Part shown: piece after piece, positions 7,479 to 17,007 of the stretch
Numbering within the stretch: position 1 is the first letter of the stretch
Layout of the letters: every line of letters starts with the position of its first letter
Source of the DNA: Promethearchaeota archaeon
GTDB taxonomy: Archaea > Asgardarchaeota > Thorarchaeia > Thorarchaeales > Thorarchaeaceae
Assembly: GCA_048939765.1 (NCBI GenBank)
Contig: JBHLPF010000022.1
Location: 1 to 59,495, forward strand
Length of the DNA: 59,495 nt
Reading direction: 5' to 3'
Notes under the pieces: model-generated
Databases searched by the model: none
What the model saw: only the letters and a program-made list of their open reading frames with translations
What the model was told of the DNA's origin: nothing
Translations under genes and position numbers: made by a program

Positions 7479-9686
7479 TCAATCTACACCTCCAAGACTC
7501 TGTTTCTTGCTTTTCGCAAGTCTTGTTTCTAGTCCTTCCATCAACCTCTGTGAAACCGCAATTGGCTGTTTCAAACCGCCTACTTCTGCGACGGCCACCA
7601 CTGCATAGAGCAACCAATGAGCGGCTTCTAGGAGTCCATAGGCATCACCCAGATGAAAGCCGGAACTCCGAGCCAACTCCTCAAGAGGAATGTCAGTTGT
7701 AGCTGCAGCAGCGATTAGATGTTCAAAAGTATCCTCCAGTGAAGTTCCTGATTCGATTGAGACCAGATGCTTCAAGAGCCATAGTAGCGTTGTACTCTCC
7801 TCAATCCTCGGTAAGAGCGCCAATAGCTCACGAATTGTTGGAATGCTGAGATAAAGCCGGTTTACAATCCTACCCAATCGTGTAGGCTTTAGCTTTCCAT
7901 CTATTCCGCCCTCGATAAGGCCCAGCCTGATGAGAAGCTCACTTGGACTCAGCTCGCTCAACGCGACTGGTATCACGTAATCTGCAAGATTGCCTAGCTC
8001 TCTTGCTGCATACAGTCCTAACGCAACCAAGTGAGGACATAGAACTCCATGGTTATCAATAGGTCTAGAGCATGAGCACTGCGGACCTTCCACGACACCC
8101 TCGGCAGAGAGACGAGCCGAGTACCTGCAGGTATAGTGCCCGTCCTCCCATGCCGCTACGATGCCACCAATAACACTATCATTTGTTTCTCTAAGGCTAA
8201 CGCTCCCCAGAAGCCCCAGTCGGGCTGGGCGAACAGTGTCTGACGTCGCATGCTTCTCAATTGCTGATTCTGCACTTATTTCGCCCAGCTGAAGAACCCG
8301 CATGGGAGAGTTTGCATCTCTAAGTCCGGTGAACATCAGGTAGGAATCTCCTAGGAATCCATCTGCAACATCGTCCAATGTTGCTTCGTCTAAGGCGTCT
8401 AGGGCAACTAACAGTTGCTCACTCAATGTCGCTGATTCACCCAGTCTGCTAATTACCCGGTCATATTTGGGAAAGATGATCTTGGTTGATGAATCAGCAT
8501 CTTGTGAGGAGAGAAAGTATCGCTTCTCTACTTCTTCAGCTTCTCCGGAGCTTCCGACAAGAATAATCCCAAATCCGGCCTTATCATAGCCAGGCCGACC
8601 AGCTCGACCTAGCATTTGATGTACGGAGTTCGCCGGAAGCATTGCTCGGTGATTTCCCGGAAACCGCACATTGGTAAGAACAACTGTTCTTGCAGGGAGA
8701 TCCATTCCAGCCGCAAGTGTTGTTGTGGCACAAATGAGTCGTACTTTCCCCCGGAGAAACAATTCCTCCACGAGTCGCCGTGCCCGAATTCCTAGGCCTG
8801 CATGGTGATATGCCGTTCCGTCATGAAGAAGGGTCCTCAGTTCTGGTGGCATATTGACATTCCAATTCTCAATTGACTCAAGCTCCTTGTCGAGGTCTTC
8901 CTTCTCAGTTCTAGTGTTATGCCGTCCAACATCCCCTGAAAGACGCATAGCCTGTGATTCAGCCTCACGTCTCGTCCGATGAAATACAATTGCTTGGCCA
9001 TCGCCTTGCACTGTTGTCATAACCAGCTGACGAAGGGCCCGCTCCTTGTGCTTGGAAGGAATAACACGATAGACCAAAGGCACAGGACGATCTTCTGATT
9101 CAACAAGAACGCAGCCAAGCCACTCAGCAAGCTCATCCGGAGAGCCAACTGTCGCTGAAAGCCCAATCAACTGCAAGCCTTCAATCAATCGCTTGAACCT
9201 TATTATGATAGATTCAAGACGAGCGCCCCTTCCAAAATCTGAAATTGTCTGGATCTCGTCTATGACCAAGGAGCCAATGGAATCTAGCCAAGCTGTCTTT
9301 CGTCTCAGCAAAGAATCCGCTCTCTCGTATGTTGTCACAACGACATCATACTCCGAAAGGTCCCCACCATCATTCGAAAAATCCCCTGTACTCACACCAA
9401 TCCGTAGGCCTAGAGGCTCATACCTGTCTATCAGAAGTCCATACACCTGCACAGCGAGTGCCTTTAGCGGAACCAGATAGATTCCTTTCTTTCCAGTTAG
9501 TGCCGCTCGTAAGAGAGCCATCTCACCTACCAATGTCTTACCAGAGCCTGTTGGACTGCAGACCATAATACTTGCGCCATCAAGAAGACCGCGGTCAATC
9601 GACACTTTCTGAATCCCTCTCGGCGTCAATCCCAGTTGATGGAGAAGCCTGTGAACTTGTTCCTGGACATCAGCTACAACGATCAT
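7479..9686 (-). CDS. Ski2-like/Hel308-family SF2 helicase with inserted SWIM zinc finger
   Basis: SPTGSGKT, LVPLKALA, TTYER, DEIQ, GLSAT, YHHAGL, CATTTLAAGMDLPA, QMLGRAGRPGYD; SWIM signature CSC-x10-CPH at 8031-8078. Confidence 0.92.
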   Translation of the reverse strand: MIVVADVQEQVHRLLHQLGLTPRGIQKVSIDRGLLDGASIMVCSPTGSGKTLVGEMALLRAALTGKKGIYLVPLKALAVQVYGLLIDRYEPLGLRIGVSTGDFSNDGGDLSEYDVVVTTYERADSLLRRKTAWLDSIGSLVIDEIQTISDFGRGARLESIIIRFKRLIEGLQLIGLSATVGSPDELAEWLGCVLVESEDRPVPLVYRVIPSKHKERALRQLVMTTVQGDGQAIVFHRTRREAESQAMRLSGDVGRHNTRTEKEDLDKELESIENWNVNMPPELRTLLHDGTAYHHAGLGIRARRLVEELFLRGKVRLICATTTLAAGMDLPARTVVLTNVRFPGNHRAMLPANSVHQMLGRAGRPGYDKAGFGIILVGSSGEAEEVEKRYFLSSQDADSSTKIIFPKYDRVISRLGESATLSEQLLVALDALDEATLDDVADGFLGDSYLMFTGLRDANSPMRVLQLGEISAESAIEKHATSDTVRPARLGLLGSVSLRETNDSVIGGIVAAWEDGHYTCRYSARLSAEGVVEGPQCSCSRPIDNHGVLCPHLVALGLYAARELGNLADYVIPVALSELSPSELLIRLGLIEGGIDGKLKPTRLGRIVNRLYLSIPTIRELLALLPRIEESTTLLWLLKHLVSIESGTSLEDTFEHLIAAAATTDIPLEELARSSGFHLGDAYGLLEAAHWLLYAVVAVAEVGGLKQPIAVSQRLMEGLETRLAKSKKQSLGGVD

Positions 9687-12040
9687 CTTTCTGCTTCATC
9701 TCTCTGTGCAACTTGATGAAGGGCCATGCTGCCTTTCATGGTGATTCGGTAGTTCGTATACGAAACCGCCCCATGGACCTCATGACCCCTGAGTATCATA
9801 CCCGACTTTTCCAGCCTGGCCAGCACTCCACTGATGTCAGGGTCTCCTTTCACATCTCCTGAAAGGAGAAACTTTCGCATTGCTTCCTCTGTTAGTGGCT
9901 CATACCTCTCAAGTAGTCTAAGCATCTTGATGGCGGTATCCCTCTGTCCACCTGCGACTCTATCAATCAATGAATCGCCAAAAGCCACTCCCTCGTTGGG
10001 AGGCCCCCGAGGAATGATATCAGATATCCGTGTTTCGAGCTCCTCAGGACTAAGCCCGGAAAGAGGGGCGGTTTCATCCAACTCAACTGGCATGCATGTT
10101 TCGCCCTGATTCCTGACCAGAAGCACGACTCCGTTGGGCATAACTCTTAGATATGATGTTTCTCTGGATGATTGACGGGCTTTGCTATGGATACCAGATG
10201 AAACGACACTGATACCAAGCAATTCAACAGCAGTCTTTAAGTCCGGACTCTCACGAAGTCGGTGAGTGATGCAAGAGCTCAGTTTACCAATTGCACCAGG
10301 AGCCATGTCTACTGGATGGTCCAGAGCAACAATTGTGGGACCTCTCTGCAACATGTCCCGAAGCATCATCTCGCTCCATGAATCCCTCTTCATATATCGA
10401 CGGTTTCGAATCCTCATGTTCTCTGCATTCTCGAGAATGATAGTGAGATCCTGATCCTCTTGGAGCCCTGAAAGCTTGATGCACACGAGATCAAAGGCGA
10501 ATTTCTCCATGGGCAGATATCCTTGAGATAGCACCAGCACCCCGAGCTTGGTCTGAGCCAAATCACGCATGGAGATTGTCTGAGATCCATAGAAGGAACG
10601 CGATGCAGTTCCTTGGTGTAGAGATCTTATTGCCTCATAGCCTGACATGCTTTTATCAGATGGCTTCCGTTCGTTAGGCTCATCCACCTCTGAATAGGCA
10701 TTCATGACATCTGGAGTCTGGGTCAGTTGAACATCAGCCACCGTTGTATTGCCTAAGGCGATAGCACGATTGATTGCTAGTTCTAAGTCAGTTGCACCGC
10801 GAAGGTCAGTGCCAGCAATTACCTCTAGAGCAGTCATCAATTTGGACACATAGATATGTCTCGGAAGCCCTTCCGCGTCCATAGGATTTAGTACCAGATC
10901 TCTCCCAAGCTCAAATGATACTGCACCTTCAGAAAGGGATGCGAAATTCTTGGCATCACGTTCACTACTCACAATAATGACCCGCTTTCCATGTGACAGT
11001 AGCTGTTTCACGATCAAGGTGAGGGTATGTCTTCGCTCTTCTAAAGTCCCGCCGCAGACTAACAGTCCTGATCGGATATCATCGTGTGATAGACCAGTAG
11101 CAGGTCCGGGTCGAAGAGTTTCTGGATTTATCACGCGGCCTATGTAATAATCTCCTGCTCTGGGCTTTATGGGTGCAAGGAACTCACCTGGAACATTCGA
11201 CCCAATCTCAGATGCAAGCTCACTAGGAATCTGTATCAGCCACTCTGAGAGTTCGGTTCCAGCGGCATAGAATAATGGAAGCCTAGGGGTCATGTTCATC
11301 ACCCGCATATACGAAGCTAAAGATTTGGGCTTTATCTTAGACCAGTTTCCATCCGGAACTGCTGCCTTAATCGATGACTCGAATCTTTGAACCTGATCGA
11401 TATCCTGCGAGTGCCCCATAATCGAGACCCGGACCGACCAAAGGCCTCCGCGCCTGGTCATATAGGCATCCAATCCGCCGCTTGAAAGATAGTTCAAGTA
11501 TCCATCCAATCGCGAAGAAAGACGCTCTTCCTCCACGATGGATGAGAATTCTTCTGGCCTTGCTATCACTGATAGACAGAATCCCTTTGAGCTATCGATG
11601 GCTCTAACGAGTGCACTCACATTTCCCACCAATAGAGGGCCAGCCAATGGCAGCTGCAATCCTATCACGTTGCGATTGCCGGATGGCGTTTTACACTGAA
11701 CGACATCGTGTTCTCCGTTCACTGCGAAGGAAGTATCACTCTCGGGAACACGAACCCATTCTGATTCTTGCAGGGAGCGAACTTCTTGTGAGGCCCTCAG
11801 TTTGGGGACTAATATCGTAGCAAGAAGACTAGCAAGGGAAACCAGAGCAAGACTCAATGGCAATGCCGCAAGAATGACTGCTACGGTGATTGCTGTGATT
11901 GCATCACGACCGTGGGATGGTTTCACTCTTCTGTCATCCCATTGAAGTTCAATCCCACCACTCACAGTCATGGTGGGCTGAGTGATCTCCTTCAGTGGAT
12001 CAACTTCGGGCTCGGTACCGAGAATCAGACGCTTACCCAA
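9683..12040 (-). CDS. Membrane-anchored HerA/VirB4/CedB-like P-loop protein with degenerate ATPase motifs and C-terminal wHTH
   Basis: N-terminal TM segment. Family hallmarks appear in order: YYIGRV, LLVCGGTLEERR (Walker A position), LVLNPMD, IILENAEN (Walker B position), ALDHPVDM...CITHRL, YLRVMPNGVVLLV. wHTH ends YRITMKG. Confidence 0.7.
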   Translation of the reverse strand: MGKRLILGTEPEVDPLKEITQPTMTVSGGIELQWDDRRVKPSHGRDAITAITVAVILAALPLSLALVSLASLLATILVPKLRASQEVRSLQESEWVRVPESDTSFAVNGEHDVVQCKTPSGNRNVIGLQLPLAGPLLVGNVSALVRAIDSSKGFCLSVIARPEEFSSIVEEERLSSRLDGYLNYLSSGGLDAYMTRRGGLWSVRVSIMGHSQDIDQVQRFESSIKAAVPDGNWSKIKPKSLASYMRVMNMTPRLPLFYAAGTELSEWLIQIPSELASEIGSNVPGEFLAPIKPRAGDYYIGRVINPETLRPGPATGLSHDDIRSGLLVCGGTLEERRHTLTLIVKQLLSHGKRVIIVSSERDAKNFASLSEGAVSFELGRDLVLNPMDAEGLPRHIYVSKLMTALEVIAGTDLRGATDLELAINRAIALGNTTVADVQLTQTPDVMNAYSEVDEPNERKPSDKSMSGYEAIRSLHQGTASRSFYGSQTISMRDLAQTKLGVLVLSQGYLPMEKFAFDLVCIKLSGLQEDQDLTIILENAENMRIRNRRYMKRDSWSEMMLRDMLQRGPTIVALDHPVDMAPGAIGKLSSCITHRLRESPDLKTAVELLGISVVSSGIHSKARQSSRETSYLRVMPNGVVLLVRNQGETCMPVELDETAPLSGLSPEELETRISDIIPRGPPNEGVAFGDSLIDRVAGGQRDTAIKMLRLLERYEPLTEEAMRKFLLSGDVKGDPDISGVLARLEKSGMILRGHEVHGAVSYTNYRITMKGSMALHQVAQRDEAER

Positions 12041-12335
12041 CAGAAGCCCCTCCTGTGGTTGAAATGGATCTTATCTGGCGTCGCAACATGTCAAGCACGC
12101 GTTGCAATCGTTCCGCGTATACGGCGTCTGATCCTGACACGAGGAGCAAATTCTCTCCAACAAGAAGAATCTCTGGCATGTTTCCAAGATCTGATGATCC
12201 ATGAGCAACTAGTGTCGGGTTTTTTGTCAGCACTAGCCAGTTATAGCTATGGCCTATCTCAAGTGAATGCATCACTGCTTCGTGTGTCACGCCAAATGGA
12301 AGCTCGATGGCTATCCTATCACCTGACTTGAGCAT
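12033..12335 (-). CDS. Small hypothetical alpha/beta protein
   Basis: About 100 aa, overlapping both neighbours; ATG at 12335 after GGAGGTG. Confidence 0.7.
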   Translation of the reverse strand: MLKSGDRIAIELPFGVTHEAVMHSLEIGHSYNWLVLTKNPTLVAHGSSDLGNMPEILLVGENLLLVSGSDAVYAERLQRVLDMLRRQIRSISTTGGASVG

Positions 12336-12918
12336 ATGGCTCAACACCTCCAGAGGTCACCATCAATAGATCATCCAATCCTGCTAGATCAATAGGCATG
12401 TGAGGATAGGCGGCTCTCATTGAACTCTCAAGGACTGCTGCGTCAGTGACAATTTCATCTGCAATCGAAGATGCCCTCTTTATCCCATCTAAGAACCGAA
12501 TGCCTCTTCGCGCAACAAGCATCCCCGCACGGGTGATACCATCTCCTGCGGGTCTGCAGAGAAAGAACCGAACTTCTCCATTCTTCTTCCCATCATATCG
12601 CGCATGAAGAGCTCGAAGCACCTTGGATGCTGAATGGCTAAGGTCTAGTCCGATGGGAACGCTTGTCATCAATCGTCCTGCTAAGACCTCCAGCGTAAAT
12701 GGCCGAAGAATGGCAAGGACACCTCGCTGATCATCCCAAACAATGAGAGGTTGTTGATTGTTCCTCCAACTCAGAGCCAAGAGTCCTGCAGATACTATAG
12801 TGATTAAGGATAGAAGAACGTCCATATTTCCCCAAGACACCCAGATTCCAAGAATTGCACCAAGTATCAATGTGCCAAGGCCAATCCATCTAATCTCCCA
12901 TCGCTCGTACCATGCCAA
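12319..12918 (-). CDS. Membrane protein (N-terminal TM hairpin), apparently paralogous to the N-terminal region of the 785 aa HerA/VirB4-like protein
   Basis: Two TM helices at aa 10-52; LESSMRAAYP matches FESSIKAAVP in the 785 aa protein. Confidence 0.7.
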   Translation of the reverse strand: MAWYERWEIRWIGLGTLILGAILGIWVSWGNMDVLLSLITIVSAGLLALSWRNNQQPLIVWDDQRGVLAILRPFTLEVLAGRLMTSVPIGLDLSHSASKVLRALHARYDGKKNGEVRFFLCRPAGDGITRAGMLVARRGIRFLDGIKRASSIADEIVTDAAVLESSMRAAYPHMPIDLAGLDDLLMVTSGGVEPYAQVR

Positions 12919-12919
12919 T

Positions 12920-14875
12920 TCAACTTCCCTCCCTCAATGCTATGAACTGTGAAATCGCAGCCTTCAGCTCAGCAACATCCCCAAAGGGCCAGATATCAGC
13001 TACCATGTCATCACCAAACACCCGGACATGCTTGAGAAAACGCTTGTCTAGAAGAACGACAATACCCCAGTCCTCAGGCGCTCTTCTGAGTCGACCAAGA
13101 ACTTGGGCGACCTGACGAATGGATGGGACCAGCGCTCCGTAATAGTATCCGGCTCCTTCTCCAAATCTGCCATCATAGAACTCTTGCAGTGCTCTTTGGT
13201 AGCTTGTGGGAGGGGAGAATGGAATCCCGACTCCAATGATTAAATCTATCATACTGGAGCCGCCTTTCACCAGATCGACCCCCTCTGAGTATTTCCCTCC
13301 GAAGACACAGAAGATGGCGTGAGGACCAATTTCCAAGGCTTCTGCAACGGTTTCGATGCGGTCGCCTCTCTCTTCAACGAGAGTTCCGCGATATCCCGAG
13401 TCAATGCCGTAGCTCAAGACTTCATGGAGAATCTTGTAGCTTGGAAACGCAATAAGGGCGCTCTTATTTGCTGGAACCGTTGTGAGTACGGTGTTTATTC
13501 TATCAGCAAGTGCACGCCAGAGGTCGGGACCTCTTGCCTGATACTTGGTTGTGTGCTCTCTGTCGATGAGCACAAGTCTGGTAGATCGGGGATATGGACT
13601 TGCTAAGTCCTCCGTTATGGCACCCCCAACGCCCAATAGTCTTGCGTAATGGTCAAGGGGTCTCAGAGTTCCAGACATCAGGAGCGCGGATCTTGCGCCC
13701 CTAAGGACAGGTGCAGAAAGACCAGATGCGTTTAGGGGCCGAATCATCAGCGTTGCTCTCGAAGCGGTTAGCGCTTCCTCCCAGGATCGTTTCACATTGA
13801 GCGTCACATGCCATCCTTCGCTTCTGGTAGATAGATGGGCCACAAAGAGGAACTCGACAAGTCTGTCCAGTGGTGTTTCCATTGAAACAGCCACCTCGGG
13901 GTCACCGATGTTGGGGCTAGTAGTTTCATGCATAAGCCGCAAATCCGACTCTTCTATGAATCTAGGAGCCACATCCCACTTGGCTAGTGTACGCTCTGAT
14001 CTTCTATTCATACCGTCAAGGTTGAGCATCATTGTTTCGTAGAGGAAGTCCACAGCCTCTCCAATCCAACTGATGCTGGTTTCCTTGACAATCTCCGACT
14101 TATGATCCCTTAACCATCGGAGGTCTTCACCATTCAGCCTGGCTGTTTCCGAGTCAAGCGCATGATCTGACAGGTTGTGGGCTTCATCAACAAGCAAATC
14201 AACATCATGGAGTGAGAGTCCCAATGATGATAGAAGAGCCTCGCGCACCCTTGACCTGAACATGTAGCTATATGGTCCAATTATGACCTTACTCTGTCTC
14301 GCGCACCAACGCATCACCTCATACGGGCACACGCCCTCCGTGGTGCAGAGGTCTTCCACTCGCTCACGTGTCACAACGCCCGTGTTTAGTAAGTCCTCAA
14401 CACGTTCTCTAACCCACTCCCTGATGACACTTCGACCATCGCCTGAGCTTTTTCTATAGACATTGTGGTAATATGTACATTGCCCAGTCTTAATCATCGA
14501 TGCGCAGGCTCGCATGAAGCCTGTAGATGTGTCGGAGTCAATCTCGCTTCGAATTGGACACATATGGATTCTCGAAACCATAGTGGTGGCCGTAAGTTCA
14601 GGCATCAGTGCCCTAAGGACATCAAGTTCAATCTCGAATACCCTTGACTGACTATGAGTTCGTGTCAGTACAATCAATCTTGAGCTAGCGTCACTGCCCC
14701 TTGCAGCAAGATATCCTGATAGAACTGCCACCGTCTTTCCGACGCCACAATCAGCGGAGAGTAATCCCACTGTCTTGGATGAAAAGACTTCTGCAGCAAA
14801 CCGTACAGCCTTGTCTTGATGCAATCTAGGTGTATAGGGAAACCACATGAGAGGATCAGTAACTGCAGTACTCAA
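12920..14875 (-). CDS. XPD/Rad3/DinG-family Fe-S cluster 5'-3' DNA helicase
   Basis: ADCGVGKT, LTRTHSQ, four Fe-S cysteines (HMCP, RACA, GQCTYY, GVCPYE), VDEAHNL, MSGTL, AFPSY, GGKYSEGVD, GIPF, QVLGRLRRAPEDWGIVVLLDKRF. Confidence 0.95.
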   Translation of the reverse strand: MSTAVTDPLMWFPYTPRLHQDKAVRFAAEVFSSKTVGLLSADCGVGKTVAVLSGYLAARGSDASSRLIVLTRTHSQSRVFEIELDVLRALMPELTATTMVSRIHMCPIRSEIDSDTSTGFMRACASMIKTGQCTYYHNVYRKSSGDGRSVIREWVRERVEDLLNTGVVTRERVEDLCTTEGVCPYEVMRWCARQSKVIIGPYSYMFRSRVREALLSSLGLSLHDVDLLVDEAHNLSDHALDSETARLNGEDLRWLRDHKSEIVKETSISWIGEAVDFLYETMMLNLDGMNRRSERTLAKWDVAPRFIEESDLRLMHETTSPNIGDPEVAVSMETPLDRLVEFLFVAHLSTRSEGWHVTLNVKRSWEEALTASRATLMIRPLNASGLSAPVLRGARSALLMSGTLRPLDHYARLLGVGGAITEDLASPYPRSTRLVLIDREHTTKYQARGPDLWRALADRINTVLTTVPANKSALIAFPSYKILHEVLSYGIDSGYRGTLVEERGDRIETVAEALEIGPHAIFCVFGGKYSEGVDLVKGGSSMIDLIIGVGIPFSPPTSYQRALQEFYDGRFGEGAGYYYGALVPSIRQVAQVLGRLRRAPEDWGIVVLLDKRFLKHVRVFGDDMVADIWPFGDVAELKAAISQFIALREGS

Positions 14876-15498
14876 GTATTAGCCTCCAGATGTAGACAGG
14901 ACTCGCTCGTGTGGATTCTGAACCGCAGAGAGAAGTACTTTCGTAGAAGCTGATGGAACTGCCACATCAATGAAGGCGATTTGTATCCTATTTCCTTGTT
15001 TGCCATTCGCTCCACGATTTCTGGATTGAACCCTTTCTGACGAGCAATCTTCCAGAACCAGGCTTCCACCTCTCGCCTAGTGGAGCATATGTGACTCACT
15101 GAGCTCTCTATAAGGTTAGTAAGAGATCGTACAGCCTCCTTAGGCTTGCTGGGCAACTGTGAAACTCTTACTCCTGTTGGTAGATAGACGGCAATTCCCT
15201 CAGCGCTGTCCAGATATATCTCATGAGGGACCCCCTTTGTCCCCCTCAATGTTTCAAGGAGAGAAAGCAGCCTCGGAAGTTGCGGCAACGCCGGTTTGTT
15301 GAGGTCAGGGTCTCTCCAATCAACCCTAGTGACGACGTGAATTTCAGGATCTGGAGCTGCACATTTCTCTAGGACTGTTACTCGATGTGATGTTTCTCTC
15401 ATGAGGAGATTCACAAGATTGATCATTGTGTAGTTCGCGACAGTCGGAGGAGTTCGCGGAACCCAGACATAGTTGCTCTCCGATTCGCTACCTGCCAA
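14872..15498 (-). CDS. Hypothetical protein (208 aa)
   Basis: TTG start 1 nt after the upstream stop, behind GGAGGTG; TTGA overlap with the XPD-like gene. Confidence 0.75.
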   Translation of the reverse strand: MAGSESESNYVWVPRTPPTVANYTMINLVNLLMRETSHRVTVLEKCAAPDPEIHVVTRVDWRDPDLNKPALPQLPRLLSLLETLRGTKGVPHEIYLDSAEGIAVYLPTGVRVSQLPSKPKEAVRSLTNLIESSVSHICSTRREVEAWFWKIARQKGFNPEIVERMANKEIGYKSPSLMWQFHQLLRKYFSLRFRIHTSESCLHLEANT

Positions 15499-15499
15499 C

Positions 15500-15943
15500 C
15501 TACCACACCTCCATTGGAATGGTGACTAGTCCACCATTCTTGATTACTTCACCCTCCGAAACGAGAGAGTCAAGGAATGTCATTGCACGAGAGATATCGA
15601 TACCAGCATCGCTGCATTCTCTCATGACGTCTTCAATCGATACCGGTCGGCCTCGATTTAGATCAACTAGCGCTTCGATGATGTAGTAGACACGCCTCTT
15701 AATGCCCAGTCCCCTTCCTCCACTCCGGGGCTTGGCATTCTGCCGCGACTCTATCACAAGCTCACGGACACTCGACTGCGCTTCCTGAACTGTTACCGCA
15801 TAGATTGTTCCAGGAACATGAAGGATCAGACTTCTGCATAGACTGCATCTCGACTCCTCTTGCTCATTCTCGACTAGTGCGTATCCGATATTTGTGCAAC
15901 TGGGACACTGGTAGACTCTGAACATCCCTCGTTCCGAGGTCAC
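15500..15943 (-). CDS. Zn-ribbon plus C-terminal winged-helix protein (DUF1922/DUF5817-like architecture), putative DNA binder
   Basis: CPSC...CSLC; C-terminal wHTH VSIEDVMRECSDAGIDISRAMTFLDSLVSEGEV; GTGA overlap with the RadA-like gene. Confidence 0.75.
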   Translation of the reverse strand: MTSERGMFRVYQCPSCTNIGYALVENEQEESRCSLCRSLILHVPGTIYAVTVQEAQSSVRELVIESRQNAKPRSGGRGLGIKRRVYYIIEALVDLNRGRPVSIEDVMRECSDAGIDISRAMTFLDSLVSEGEVIKNGGLVTIPMEVW

Positions 15944-17007
15944 CCAGCCTCACCTGCCTTAGCTCGCGGCGCCTCAGCCTCCTCGAGTTCAATCTCAGTC
16001 TCCTCTTCAGTTACGCCTTGCTTCTCAAAGTAGTCAAGAATCCCTGGCTCCTTCTCCTTCTTGCTCTTGGAGTCCTGGTACATCCCACCCCAGCCTACAA
16101 CCATTTCTACGTCGAACTCGGGAAGCCCCGCATTGTCTATCAGTTGGATCTTTCGTTTATCGTCCTTTGTCCTGCGTGTGTAGAATCTGTAATCACTGGC
16201 ATGCGATAGTATGTGGCCACCGATTGGAGCATTATCATACCCACCGTAGGTGCTTATCTTGGACATCACTTGATTAGTGTAGATGAATATGGCATCCGTG
16301 GCCTTGGCGGTTCTCCTCATCTGATTTAGGAGCGCATTCATCTCCTGCTGACGGATTCTGAGGGACTCCAGACCTGTGTACTCAGCCCGAAAGAGTCCCG
16401 TGAACGAGTCTACGACTACGAGAACGTAGTCTTGCTCGCTGCAGAGCTGGGGAATGGACTCGAATATCTCCTGAATTTGATCAGATAGGAAGACCTCTGC
16501 CCGTCCTATGTTTCCCAGTGTGATGTCAGGATCAAGAGCCCATCGAATTGCATTGGCTCTAATAGTGTAGGGCTTGAACGATGACTCGCTGTCCAGCCAC
16601 AACACTCTGCCTTCGAGACCCCCTTGGTCTCTCGGGAGTTGTGCTCGCACTGCCAAATGCGCACTGAATTGTGTCTTCCCCCCTCTTGCAGGACCATAGC
16701 ATTCAACGATAGATCCAACTTCGATTCCTCCAAAGAGCGCTTCATCCATTTTTTCTATGCCGGTCTTTAAGCGGGACTTTGACTCCATCTCTTTCTCCAC
16801 CTCGAGGCCAGACTTGAAGCCGTGCATTCCAAGGAGAATCCTGGCATTTCGGATGATCTTCTCGATTGTGCCTTCACCCAGCTTTGTCTTTTTTTGAAGT
16901 TCAACAGGGTTTTGAACGGCCAGCAACTCAGCCGTTGTGACAAATGCCTCCCTCAGCTTCTTTGCCGCAGCTGGTCCGACGCCAGTCACTCCCTCCAACT
17001 CAGTCAT
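15940..17007 (-). CDS. radA: RadA/Rad51-family recombinase (divergent full-length paralogue)
   Basis: N-terminal HhH (GVTGVGPAAAKKL), Walker A GPARGGKT, WLDSESSF, Walker B VVVDS, LFRAEY, RQQ, TNQV, PIGGHILSHAS, acidic tail. Confidence 0.9.
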   Translation of the reverse strand: MTELEGVTGVGPAAAKKLREAFVTTAELLAVQNPVELQKKTKLGEGTIEKIIRNARILLGMHGFKSGLEVEKEMESKSRLKTGIEKMDEALFGGIEVGSIVECYGPARGGKTQFSAHLAVRAQLPRDQGGLEGRVLWLDSESSFKPYTIRANAIRWALDPDITLGNIGRAEVFLSDQIQEIFESIPQLCSEQDYVLVVVDSFTGLFRAEYTGLESLRIRQQEMNALLNQMRRTAKATDAIFIYTNQVMSKISTYGGYDNAPIGGHILSHASDYRFYTRRTKDDKRKIQLIDNAGLPEFDVEMVVGWGGMYQDSKSKKEKEPGILDYFEKQGVTEEETEIELEEAEAPRAKAGEAG

